This document shows, one piece after another, positions 13,230-25,100 of a stretch of DNA of 64,000 bases. The DNA lies in the NCBI RefSeq assembly GCF_902459465.1, contig NC_047062.1, positions 33,604,001-33,668,000 on the forward strand. The letters run 5' to 3'. This stretch comes from Asterias rubens (lineage: Eukaryota). Numbering within the stretch: the first letter of the stretch is position 1; each line of letters begins with the position of its first letter. The notes beneath the pieces are model-generated. The model was not told the DNA's origin and ran no database searches. It saw only the letters and a program-made list of their open reading frames with translations. Position numbers and translations under genes: made by a program.

Positions 13230-13800
13230 AAATGGTCCATCAATCACAAGCTGGCAAAACTTCCAACATGGACACGAGGGTGGGTGGGGGGAGGCACTTC
13301 ATTAGTGTCCATGGTGAGGTGGGGGGTACGGACATTTCTTCATTTGTGGATGGCAAGGTGGAGGAGGAGGAATTTACTTTGTTTTTAATTTTGAGAGGCT
13401 ACAGCTGTAGCTGATGAGGTACTTACTAGTATTTATAAAGGGCCTACGGACATATCTTCATTGAAGACCAATTGGGGAGGCTCCATTTGTTGTTCATTTT
13501 GAGGAGGTGCGGGGGATATTTTGAGAGGGGACTAGTGCGGGAATTGTTTAGACCAAGTTTGGGAAGGTACCGACACTGAGACAAAACTTTTCTTCATTTT
13601 GAAACCATAAGGTATAAAAGAAACTTCTTGGTTCATGAGGGGCGCCGGAGATACGCCCCTTATATAGTTTATGTTTAAGACCAATCGGGTGATGGGGAAC
13701 TTTACCCCTATGGGAGGTGCGGCCATAAATTCATTTTGAGAGTAGCAGGGGAGGCGCCCCATCTCTTTATTTTCCAGCTGATATTTCAATAGGAAATTTT
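13230..13800 (-). pseudogene. Decayed proline-rich reading frame, probably a transposon accessory gene relic
   Basis: One frame continues through in-frame stops and one frameshift while repeating a peptide motif (SQNEFMAAPP, PQNEQQMEPP, FNEDMSVGP, TNEEMSVPP). No homolog recognised. Confidence 0.35.
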
Positions 13801-15273
13801 ACCAAAGGATGAAACTTTGCCTCCTGGATGAAATGCGACATTTCTCAAGATGGGTGGTCTCAACGGGGAAGGGAAGCGTCGTGGTTTAACATGAATAGGC
13901 CAACCCACATATCATGCAGCGCATCATTTGCAAGGCGGCTTCTTTGAAGTACTCACTTCGATTATTTTGTTTATAAAACTTCCCTAGTCCCCCCTGCAAA
14001 TAATGAATAATTATGACATATTTATGTGAGCGTATGAAACTAAATGGGGAAACAACCATAGGCCGTATGCGACGAGACTTTTCAGCCTACCTGTGAACGC
14101 GGTGGCGATACAGACTGTTTCTGACCATCACTGCTTCGACCCGTCCTCGGTCCGGCCGGAGTTTGGCGCAACCGGGAGGTCATCGCAGCACCTTAGCACG
14201 GGGTCTGATCCTCCAAAACACGGCGCGACTCTGCCAGCTCCGAAATTGGTGAATTTACAAAAATGTCTACAAGCCAAACACACACGGAAGCTTGTATAGA
14301 ATTGAACGTGAAGAGAGGCGGTTCACAATGAATCATAGTGCGCATAATATTCTACATCATAATGTTGACCTTTGGGTTGAAGGACTCAATGTGTGTACTA
14401 TAGGATCCAGGAACATTTACCGGGATTTACTGACGTTGCGATCATGGCAGAAAGTGAAAGTGTCATACAGTGGTTTTTGTTTGTAATTGAAGGGGTGGAG
14501 GGGGGGGGGGGTGCAATGATCCCCAACTATCAAATATTAATTCGTTCTGTTGTATATAAAAAATAGTTTGCAAAAATCAAAGAAGTCGGTGAAGGATGGG
14601 GGTGCCGCCCCCACCTCACTCCGTAGGTCTACTGCATGAGTGGCTAGACAGAATGGCTCATTGAACGACAGTGGCAGCCAGTGATCCCTTGACACCCCCC
14701 CCCCATGCGAGATCATTCACAACGTGAAACGTCACCCCCCCCCCCCCCCCTAAAAAAAAGGAAACAAACAACCCAACAATAATAACAACAACAAGTAAAC
14801 AGCATAAAATGTATACAAAGTGTGAAGAAAAATGTGAAGAAGTGTGGTTTGAGCTATAGGACTTTAGGCATTGCCTTCGGGCTATTAATTGCGGACACGA
14901 ACATCATCAAAAACAATTTGTAAGAAAACAAATCGGAAGCATTGTGAACTTTTATACATTGTAATATATTTGGTGTGTACTTTTCTTTTGTATAATGTGC
15001 TTGATAAATTTGGAAGTGCGCTCTTTCATCGGGGCTATAACGGGGGCTATCGAACACAGCAGAGCAGACTGAGAACCCAAAGCCAGGGTCTCAAAGAGGG
15101 CCAAAGAATCCATGGGGATGAGTCAGGTATCGTTCTCACAAAGTAAGGGTCGATCCCCGGCTCTTTGTATTGCACCCAGACGACCTTACGCTTTGTTATT
15201 GTGTAAACTGTCATTGGTACCTGTTTATTGTGCACAAAACCAATGCCCCTTATTTTTGACCGCGCGAGGGCGC

Positions 15274-15300
15274 TATAAATAGTATTTTGATCACTTCCGG
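15274..15300 (+). promoter_or_regulatory. Candidate BLOC1S3 core promoter (TATA plus ETS site)
   Basis: TATAAATA at 15274-15281 and ACTTCCGG at 15293-15300 in a CpG-rich patch ~350 bp upstream of the ATG. Confidence 0.45.
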
Positions 15301-15641
15301 GGGTACACGCGATTCGCCCTGCACAAATTAATAGGCGTTCTGTCACTTTTGTTGCGCCGTAGTTTCAATTTGCTTTAGAGGTGGATTATAACGGCTCCTT
15401 TAAAAGTCTTATTGTCTGTGATGGATTAGATGTCTGTGGTTATAATGTGTTCCAATCTTTAAAAACTGTTTTGCGTATGAATGAATATACCCCGGAAGTG
15501 ATTGAGAGCGCCCTCACGCGGTCAAAAATATGGCCCATTCAGTCAGTAAAATGTAAACACATTACACAATCTTTGACTTTGGTGGGTGTAGCTGTTCTTC
15601 AGAGTTTCTTAGGAAAACAAACTTCGAGTAAATTGTTCCTA

Positions 15642-17384
15642 ATGTCAGAAATAGTTTCAAGTGTTTATGGTGAGGCAATAGAATCAGACTCCGATGAAGA
15701 AGAAGGAAGTATGGGTATGATTGGGGAGAGGTTGCCGTTGGGCGTACCGACAGCAGGGCCCGTCCCGCTGCGTACTCTATCGGCCCAGCCTGGTGTGGTC
15801 GTACAGGGAGAAGCTTCAGAAACGGATGATAGTGAAGATGATGAGGATGATGATGAAGCGAGGATAAAAAACTCCTCATCTGACCCTGCTGGGATAAGAC
15901 ATGCGGGTCTCCCTCCATTGAAAGGTAACTCATTTTGCTTGTATTTTGGTTAATGTTTGGTTGGGGTTCCTAGCCTAGTCTGCTAAGTACTAGGTAGTAG
16001 TAGTACTACTATTACACTAGTCACTTATAAGTGAGTGTACACTACTCTGTCTGAGGACTTGAACCTACTATACTGTTAGTTAATTTTGTGTGACCTCCAG
16101 ATCAACGTGTTGCACTCTACCAACTAATCTATCTTACCCTAATGTTGTCACCCATCTAAAAAAAACAGTAGAGGCCAAATAAGATTAACTTAAAAATGAT
16201 AGCAAATGAAAATGGGGGTTGGAATTTTTTTCCACTTTTTGCCAGAAATTATTTGCTTCGGCCTACTTGTTTTGTTTCTTTCTTTGAAAATAAATAAATA
16301 TATTATCAAAGGTCATTACTTAAATGTAAAACCACAAGTCAATACACTCATTCATTGTGCATGAAAGCTTGCTTTTGTGGTGTACGAAATGATCTTTGTT
16401 TGCACTTTATGTCAGTGGTACTTTTAATATTATACAGGTAATGATAACAGCTTATATTTATCTTTGTTTTTACAGTTGAGCTTTCACCCAGAAACGATGA
16501 TTCAAGATCGCTATCAACAGGAAGTACAACATCACAAAATGAGTCCCAACATTCTGAGAAAAGCATATCCAAGTTTGATACACTGCTCCATCGTAAACTG
16601 CGAGAGAGAAATGCAAGTCTTCAATCCACATTGCATGACTGCGTAGCTGGAGCGTTCCTGTTATCTGCCAAGGAGTTAGGGGAAGCTAATCAAATGCTGG
16701 CTAAGTCACAATCTGTTATCCAGGTATGCTTGTATTCACTTAACTTTCCTAAACATCCCCCATCTGCCTTTGTAGGACGCAGTACTGCAGGCGGCAGGCC
16801 AAATTTAATTATTGTTTAAAATCGCAACAGGCATACTAATCCAAGTCCAAACATTTGCAGGAAAGAGAAATTTCAGACTTTTTATCTGAATTCAGACTTT
16901 TTGAAGTGTGACTGCTTGATTTAGACCAAACATGCCGTATTTGTATATATCCACCTGAAATAAGCCCGGGTCTTTGATCTTCTTCTTTGGTGCTGATGAC
17001 ACTGTTCCAAAAAGCTAACTTGAATTTATAACTCCATGGGTTACCAGTGGGTGGATATGTGCCATTATTTCAATATACCTCTTAAGGTCTCACTCCCAGT
17101 TTCAGAGTTTTGTGTCGGCAATGACTGTCACTCCTGCAAAAGTTGAGGTTAATGTTTGGTGCTTAGCCTTCCAGAATGACTCTGCTAACATGAAGTTCTG
17201 ACTACCAACTACCTCTAATGCTTTGATTCTGTGTTTTTTTTTACCCAAGGATGTGAGCCATAACTTGAGAGTTTTCACCACAGATTTAAAAAAGATTGAA
17301 CAGAGACTGGATATGATCAACTCTTGTGTCAACATTCCAAATATCAGAATTGAACTCAAACAAAGGGAACATGTCATGAATTAA
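15642..17384 (+). CDS. BLOC1S3: Biogenesis of lysosome-related organelles complex 1 subunit 3
   Basis: Exons 15642-15924, 16476-16723, 17250-17384(TAA) join in phase. Motifs VYGEAIESDSDEEE, VVQGEASETDDSEDD and FDTLLHRKLRERN..SQSVIQDVSHNLRVFTTDL match BLOC1S3 as recalled. Confidence 0.88.
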
Positions 17385-18086
17385 ATGACAGAAATATCAC
17401 ATTGCTGGTCAGTGTTGGCTTCAATGGACAGTCGTTGCTGAAGTTGAGAGGAAATGAATGCTTTTACTGAAGACATTTTAACAGTCGAGCTTCAACAAGG
17501 AATTGGGTATGTTTGATACCAGATGATATTTAAGATAGGAACCATTTGAAATCAGTCTTAGCTTCACATTTGCTAGTTTTTGTAATGTGATTTGTATGGA
17601 ATGCATACATGTGTGTTGTCTTTTGGGATTTCTATTTTATGACTTTTTGTAACTTATTTTTGTGTGATTTTCTTTATCGTTTTATTCAACTCAAAGAAAG
17701 CGTCTTCTTAGGGGAAGGGTCATTCTGCAGATTATTTATTTTAAAATTTGAATCATAGATGTATGAATATAACGAACATTTATCTCTTGGCATTGGAAAC
17801 AATGTACCAACACATTGGTTTATTTCTAGAAAAGACATGTTTCATAAATCAATTAATACTGGAGAATTATTGACTACTGTGTTCATCAATTATTTTAATA
17901 AGACCAGTCCTACATCATAAAGAAATCTGTCCCCCAGAAATCCTGTCCCCCATCATAAAAAAAGGGCAATTAAAATGGGCTGGAGGAGAGGGACTCACAA
18001 GAGGGCGCTATAAGAAGAAGCTTGTGTGAGAGACAGGATCTCCTGCCAGTCGGCCAAGCCTGTAATGGAGGAAAGAACTCTTTAGA

Positions 18087-18325
18087 CCAGGGCCCGATTT
18101 CTGCTCAGCACAAAAATTTAATTAGCATGAAATGTCTGCCTCGATAAAAACAGGACAACCAAACTTCCATTTGTTGCATAATTACTTGTTACTGGTATTC
18201 AGCTGTTGTTTGCTCATCCTGAAAATCACATTGAAATTTGGCTAGTAATCCTGTTTTTATTGAGGCAGAAATTTCATGCCAAGCAAATTTTTGTGCTTAG
18301 CAGCTCTATGAAATTTGACCCAGGT
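18087..18325. mobile_element. MITE of the cagggcccaatttcat...atgaaattgggccctg family
   Basis: Termini ccagggcccgatttc and gcagctctatgaaatttgacccagg; related copies at ~2100-2265, 2820-2960, 4260-4312, 35258-35455, 37730-37920 and 38638-38832. Confidence 0.7.
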
Positions 18326-19713
18326 TACCTGTTAGCATTGCATGTTTATAAAAGGGCCACATAAACTGGACTTACTGCAGGCGAAAATATTTAAATTATA
18401 TGTTATAATTTTAAGCATATTCATTCAAATTAATTTAAATAAAGGGTTGGTGAAATGGTCCATCCAATATCATGTAAAATGTGTACTGATATCTAAAAAA
18501 TAAAAAAGGATGCCCCAAAGTGATAAACGAATTTCCTTATTATAACAAATATTTGCTTCATTACATTAAATATTGTTACAACTATAAAACGATGTTTATG
18601 TCATGTTTTGAGTTTGTGCAGTAGAACCATTCAAACAAGGTATTTAGAAAAACACAGTTGATGGCATTTTTCTGAAAGAACGAACCGTTTTGAACCAATG
18701 ACCGTCGTGCATACAGAATACCACCTCTCTGCTTTTTAGCTACAGCTGAAAACAAAAGACAAAAGTATAAGAACAAAAAACGCAATTTAAATCACATTCA
18801 AGCTTAAAGGCACTTTTTTGAAAAGACTTGCCGAATAAGTGGGAAATGTTGATAGAGAGTTACTTTGTCGATATCTGAGCCTGTTTTTGTAGCAAGGTCT
18901 TTTTAATTTGTTGATTTTATTAATTGAGGGATGAAAATCAACAAACTGATTTTGCCGCGTTGCGCCCATTTGGGCGTAAAACATCTGTGCTTGTTCAAGC
19001 GTTTAGCTACCGGATTGTTGTGGTGGGCGTCTGCCGTCATGTGGCAGTGCACAGTATTGCGTGGAATATAATGATATTAGGTATGAGTGCTGTAAACAGG
19101 TGACAGGAAAGTATGATTGCTATGAATCATAACTTACTGATTGATTATGATTGCCTGATTTGATTATCAAATGATGTTGGTACCATGAGATAAAGCAGCG
19201 TGGGCATAATGTTATTTGCAACCATGGAAGAAGGAAATACATAGACAACGTAATGACTGCACGCATGCACCAACAGCTGGCGTCACATTATTATCATAAT
19301 GCTAAATGTGACATCTATTCGTGGTGATTACATTATCTTGGGGTGAAATTTGTTGAGAACAACTGCACTAACAATGCACATTAAGAACGATGTTACTGCA
19401 AGAATGTCAACTAATAATGGAGCTGGATTCACACAGATGATAGATCCGTATGATGTGCACCGAGGACACGCCAGCATTCAGCCATGCATGACAGTAAACA
19501 CATCGATGTTTATGGATCTCTGCGCCGGTAACACTACCAGGCGAATTTATCCAACGGGTTCAAAGTTTGCTTGAATATTATTTGCGCAACTGATAAACGT
19601 TTATTATTGTGTGAACAGGGCATATGAAATTAGATTCGCAAAATACAATAACAAGCACACGTAAAAAGAATTGATGTGTGCTTGAACTGACACTGATGAC
19701 ATTTTAGGGTAAG

Positions 19714-20853
19714 ATGAATCAATTATTGTCAATGACAAATTCACATCATAACGGCCATGTTGATGTAACTGCAGTGGGATACGAACAAACGTCAATAGGA
19801 ACTGCATCATCGCTTCATACTCTACCAAAGAACAAACGTGACTCATTCGATAGGTCAATGACTAAGCATCAGTGTCTCACAGCGCAGCCCACAGGAAATA
19901 TCAAAAGACATTCCTCATTTGACGAGCAGCTTGCCAAGCACAGAGCTTCACTCAAGTTTAAAGTCGACTCTCTCAAATCATCTCTGGAACAGTTTGATCA
20001 AAAATGTCGAAGTCATTTGAGTTTGACAGGATTGCGAAGGCGACGATCCGATGGTGATCTGTCTTTATACAGACAGTTCGTTGCCATGGGATCCGATACA
20101 ACAACATCTGAGAGTGATACTGATGAAAGTGTGATTGAGGTTTGTGCCGATCAGAAGTTGCGTCAAAATCGAGCCACTCAGACAACCTTGTCATGTCGCT
20201 GTAAATCATTAAATCAGGATGTATGTGGATGTAAAACTTCATTGAAAGATGCTGTAACTCAAACTGTAGGCAATATTCATACTTCTGATATAAAAAAGCC
20301 TACTACTAATGAATTATTGGTGTTCAACATTCCCGCTAAGCAGCGATCAAATAATGGACTTCTTCTACCCTTGAATAACACGAGAACACAACCAGACGTC
20401 CAGTCATCTCCGGTCTTTAATTCACGTGATATAAAATCGGATGGTTCATTTTGCAACGGTTTGAGATATACACCAAAAACTAAAGCCTCGCTGAGACTAA
20501 CACAATGTTCAAACGGTAATATTCATGAAAGTGACATAATTAGTGACGGGGAAGATTGTTTTGAGGATGGATTGAATTATAGTTTCCACGCTGATGATGA
20601 CTTATGGAGACTTGCCGAGGAAGGAAGACTTCCTTGGATATGTGAAGCTGATGTCTCACAAATAAAGACGTCTGACAATAATAACAATACGCGCGATCAG
20701 CGGGTAGTTGTAGCAAGGTTGTTTTACTACAATGAAGTTTATAAAGTTTCTACTCCAGTTGGATTAATAAGACGATTTAACAAACCTAGAACACATCTCC
20801 CACCTTGGAGACGTATTTCCAGACCCCCTCCGTTAGACGTAATTCCAGAATAA
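19714..20853 (+). CDS. Uncharacterised intronless 379-aa protein
   Basis: 1140-bp open frame in AT-rich DNA, ATG to TAA, with aataaa overlapping the stop. Ser/Thr/Asp-rich; no domain recognised. An AG acceptor at 19706-19707 allows for an upstream exon. Confidence 0.65.
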   Translation: MNQLLSMTNSHHNGHVDVTAVGYEQTSIGTASSLHTLPKNKRDSFDRSMTKHQCLTAQPTGNIKRHSSFDEQLAKHRASLKFKVDSLKSSLEQFDQKCRSHLSLTGLRRRRSDGDLSLYRQFVAMGSDTTTSESDTDESVIEVCADQKLRQNRATQTTLSCRCKSLNQDVCGCKTSLKDAVTQTVGNIHTSDIKKPTTNELLVFNIPAKQRSNNGLLLPLNNTRTQPDVQSSPVFNSRDIKSDGSFCNGLRYTPKTKASLRLTQCSNGNIHESDIISDGEDCFEDGLNYSFHADDDLWRLAEEGRLPWICEADVSQIKTSDNNNNTRDQRVVVARLFYYNEVYKVSTPVGLIRRFNKPRTHLPPWRRISRPPPLDVIPE

Positions 20854-22122
20854 ATAATATATCACAACAGAAAACCTCGTTTTTGTTTTCCTTTTGTCAC
20901 TGTACGATGGCGATGTTGCAAGTCCGTTTTGTTTTTGCTGGCACTTCTTTCACCGAAAAGAATTGTTTCGAACTTGTCAGATTAATATTGTAAAGTAAGC
21001 AAATTAAAAGAAAGTCAACTATATACTGACATCAGCTCTGACTTTTTACAAGTCATAATTATGGCTTATATCAGAGTTGCTCATCCACCTTAGGACGAGT
21101 TAAAAAGTAATACTTATGACTTGTGCCGATCGCGTATAATACTACTCGTTGTGTAGGCCTGCCAAGTATTAATTTGGAGATAAGTAAAAAATAACTTCAA
21201 TTTTCTTTCTCCTTCTATGATCCCCCCCCCCCAACGCTTCTTAATGAGTTCGTTTTAAAACGAAAAACATCACATAAATTCATATAATGCTACGGCAATG
21301 CACAAAACGGCTTCCGCGGTGAACAAGGGAATTCCGTTTGCCGGAGATTCTGTCCCCCATAATGGAAACGTGGGCTGAAGTGGGGGGGGGGGGGCATACG
21401 GAGAGCGCCATAACAAGTACACATTATTTGCCGAATGGAGGGACAGCATCTCCCGCCCAACGGCATTATAAACCTTGAAACATTTTTTCCCCTGGGTTGT
21501 GACCTGCCGTAGATAACTTGAACAGAGGTGTCTAATATGGGGTATTCGGAAAGACGTGCCCGTCACTGGCACTGTTCATGGGTAAGTGAGGTATATTATG
21601 TGCTTGAACTTTGAAGATTTCTAAAGATTTAGGCCTAGTGTTCACTTGACGAAGTTAATTATTGTCTTTGATGTATTATATAGTCCTAGGTAGAACAAGA
21701 GCCACACCTAGCCCTACTTGGGTCTCGTCATCTGTGCTGTACACATATACACTAGTATAATACGAACGTGTAAGGCCACCAGGGCTAGGGCCACACCTAA
21801 ACAAATACTTTGCCAACACCGAACGTAGACGTGGAAATAAATAGAAACTTCCTGCAGCCGCAGGTCTAAGAAGTAATGTAATTACCCGGACCCCCAATTC
21901 CCCCCCCCCATCCCCTGCTCTACCCCGCCCCTGCCTCCACCGTTATATTGAAATAGCGCCACCAATAGTTGAAATCAATACTAGACTGTACTCCATCCAA
22001 TCTTTCAGGTGTCCTCAAACGTACTGTAAACTGGAGACCAGACATCATACATTCCAGTGCACTCAATGGAAAGCTTTTTCGTTGTTATGCAGTGAGTTAT
22101 TCATGTAGAAACAGCTGCCAAA

Positions 22123-25100
22123 ATGACTGCAGAAGTCGACAACAGTTCTCAAATGACCTCACAACTGTCAAATAGTGATGGCAGGTAAGCACCATATTCG
22201 TGGGAATGTAGAATCAGAATTGTGTATAACTATAACTCTACTTCTACACGGACGGAGTGTTGATGTTTTTTTGTGTGCATATCTTATCTATCATCAGTCA
22301 GTGCACTGGCATGGCCACTGCGTCTCTTGTGAATTGTCATTGTTTGCTACAATTCCAAATACAATACCACTGTGACTTGACTGATGCACAGAAATGAAAG
22401 AGTTAACAAAGGTAGATACTTGAAAACAAGATGTAAAGAAAAAGAAAAGAAAGTTTCTTTAAAATAGCTTGCCTGACTGATGAAACTTTACATATTCACT
22501 GAAAATTGTTTTGCCACATGTGTCATTTATTTGGAAGAAAAATGCAATTGTGTATTATTAAAAGTGTTTATAGACTGACAATTATATAGTCATAGAAAGG
22601 TTTGCGGTAACACTAACAACATATAATGACTATTTCTAATGAGTTTGGGTGGTTCTGAAAAGAACCGTTGGTTTCAACTTGACGTTTCGATCAGTATGCT
22701 CTGATCGTCTTCTGGATAAAGACCGACATTGTTTGAACATGAGAGTTTTAACCCAACTAAGTATGTCTGTCTGAATGATTAAAATTTTCACCATTTATGA
22801 ATTAGTATTGTTTTTCTCAGCAGTCACAAATACAAAAGTTATGTGAACAGGTCGGTGGAATTATATTGGACTGATATATGAAAATCTTATCCCACAAATC
22901 AAAATTTTCTTAAAAATACCTCAACTACATGTAACATTAAATGATTTTCAATATAAAATGAACGTCCAAACTTCATTAGGCTTCTGAGCCTACCAGCTTA
23001 CAATGGCCATCAACCGCCAGTAGATCGTAACCCTTGATCCTTATAGGGTTCATAGACTATCAACTCTCAATGATCATAACCCAAGATGATCCTTACCTTC
23101 ACCACCAGCCGTTAAGGTCTAATCCAAAATGCCGCAGCCAGACTTGCCACAGGTTCATCCAAGTTCTGTCACATGAAACCTATCCTATGTCAACTGAACT
23201 GGCTACCCATCAGGTCCCGGATTGAATACAAAGTTCTCATTCTCACCTTCAAATGCATCCACGGTCTAGCTCCTCCCTACCTATCTGAACTTATAACCAT
23301 CACGCAACCATCCCGCTACTCCCTTCGCTCCTCTCAAGGCATCACGCTGAACCACCCATCTCCCAAGATGCTACCCACACTTGGGGATAGAGCCTTCACT
23401 ACTGCTGCTCCCAAACTGTAAAATATGTTCAAAACACTGCTCAAAACTCACCTGTTCTGTTAACAATATCTCTGTCAAGCGCATTTGAATATGTATTGTT
23501 ATTATTATTATTATTACCGTCAAGAGATTGTAACCCTTGATTCTTCAAGGGGGTCATAGACTGTCGACCGTCGGGAGATTGTAACCCTTGATCCTTCCAG
23601 GGGTCATAGACTGTCGACCGTCAAGAGATTGTAACCCTTGATCCTTCCAGGGGTCATAGACCATCAGCTGTCTGGAGATTGTAACCCTTGATCCTTCCAG
23701 GGGTCATAGACTGTCGACCATCAGGAGTTTGTAACCCTTGATCCTTCCAGGGTTCACACACTGTCGACCATCAAAAAACATAACCCTTCATCCTTTTTAG
23801 GGGTCATAGACCATCGGCTGTCTGGAGATTGTAACCCTTGATCCTTCCAGGGGTCACACACTGTCGACCATCAAAAAACATAACCCTTCATCCTTTTTAG
23901 GGGTCATAGACCATTGGCTGTCTGGAGATTGTAACCCTTGATCCTTCCAGGGGTCATAGACTGTCGACCATCAGGAGATTGTAACCCTTGATCCTTCTAG
24001 GGGTCATAGACCATCGGCTGTCTGGAGATTGTAACCCTTGATCCTTCCAGGGGTCATAGACTGTCGACCGTCAAGAGATTGTAAAACTTGATCCTTCCAG
24101 GGGCAATAGACTGTCGACTGTCGGGAGATTGTAACCCTTGATCCTTTTAGGGGTCATAGACTGTCGACCGTCGGGAGATTGTAACCCTTGATCCTTCCAG
24201 GGGTCATAGACTGTCGACTGTCAGGAACTTGGTACCCTTTATCCTTCCAGGGGTCATAGACTGTCGACCGTCGGGAGATTGTAACCCTTGATCCTTCCAG
24301 GGGTCATAGACTATCGACCGTCAGGAGCTTGTAACCCTTGATCCTTCCAGGGGTCATAGACCATCAGCTGTCTGGAGATTGTAACCCTTGATCCTTCCAG
24401 GTGTCATAGACTGTCGACATCAACAAATCATAACACTTGATCCTTCCAGGGGTCATAGACTGTCGACCGTCAGGATCTTGTAACCCTTGATCCTTCCAGG
24501 GGTCATAGACTGTCGACCGTCAGGAGATTGTAACCCTTGATCCTTCCAGGGGTCATAGACTGTCGATCGTCAGGAGCTTGTAACCCTTGATCCTTCCAGG
24601 GGTCATAGACTGTCGACCATCAGGAGCTTGTAACCCTTGATCCTTCCAGGGGTCATAGACTGTCGACCATCAGGAGATCATAACCCTTGATCCTTCCAGG
24701 GGTCATAGACTGTCGATCGTCAGGAGCTTGTAACCCTTGATCCTTCCAGGGGTCATAGACTGTCGACCGTCAGGAGATTGTAACCCTTGATCCTTCCAGG
24801 GGTCATAGACTGTCGATCGTCAGGAGCTTGTAACCCTTGATCCTTCCAGGGGTCATAGACTGTCGACCATCAGGAGCTTGTAACCCTTGATCCTTCTAGG
24901 GGTCATAGACTGTCGACCATCAGGAGATCATAACCCTTGATCCTTCCAGGGGTCATAGGCAGTTTGCCATGATTTGATGTCCAAAAGGGTGTCCAAAGTT
25001 GTGGTAAATTTGAAAACTGGTTTGAATCCCACTCTTGTCAGTTCAACCCCCCCCCCCCCAAAAAAAAAAACCTTTTTATACATGAACTACTTAAAGCCCT

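Noticed and set aside
15381-15641. GTG-initiated 87-codon N-terminal extension of BLOC1S3
   Set aside because: BLOC1S3-like motifs begin at the ATG at 15642 and the extension resembles nothing I recognise; probably 5' UTR, although the in-frame ATG near 15477 cannot be excluded.
15985-16060. agtagtagt/actact motifs resembling Polinton termini
   Set aside because: No long TIRs, polymerase, integrase or capsid ORFs nearby; it is low-complexity BLOC1S3 intron sequence.
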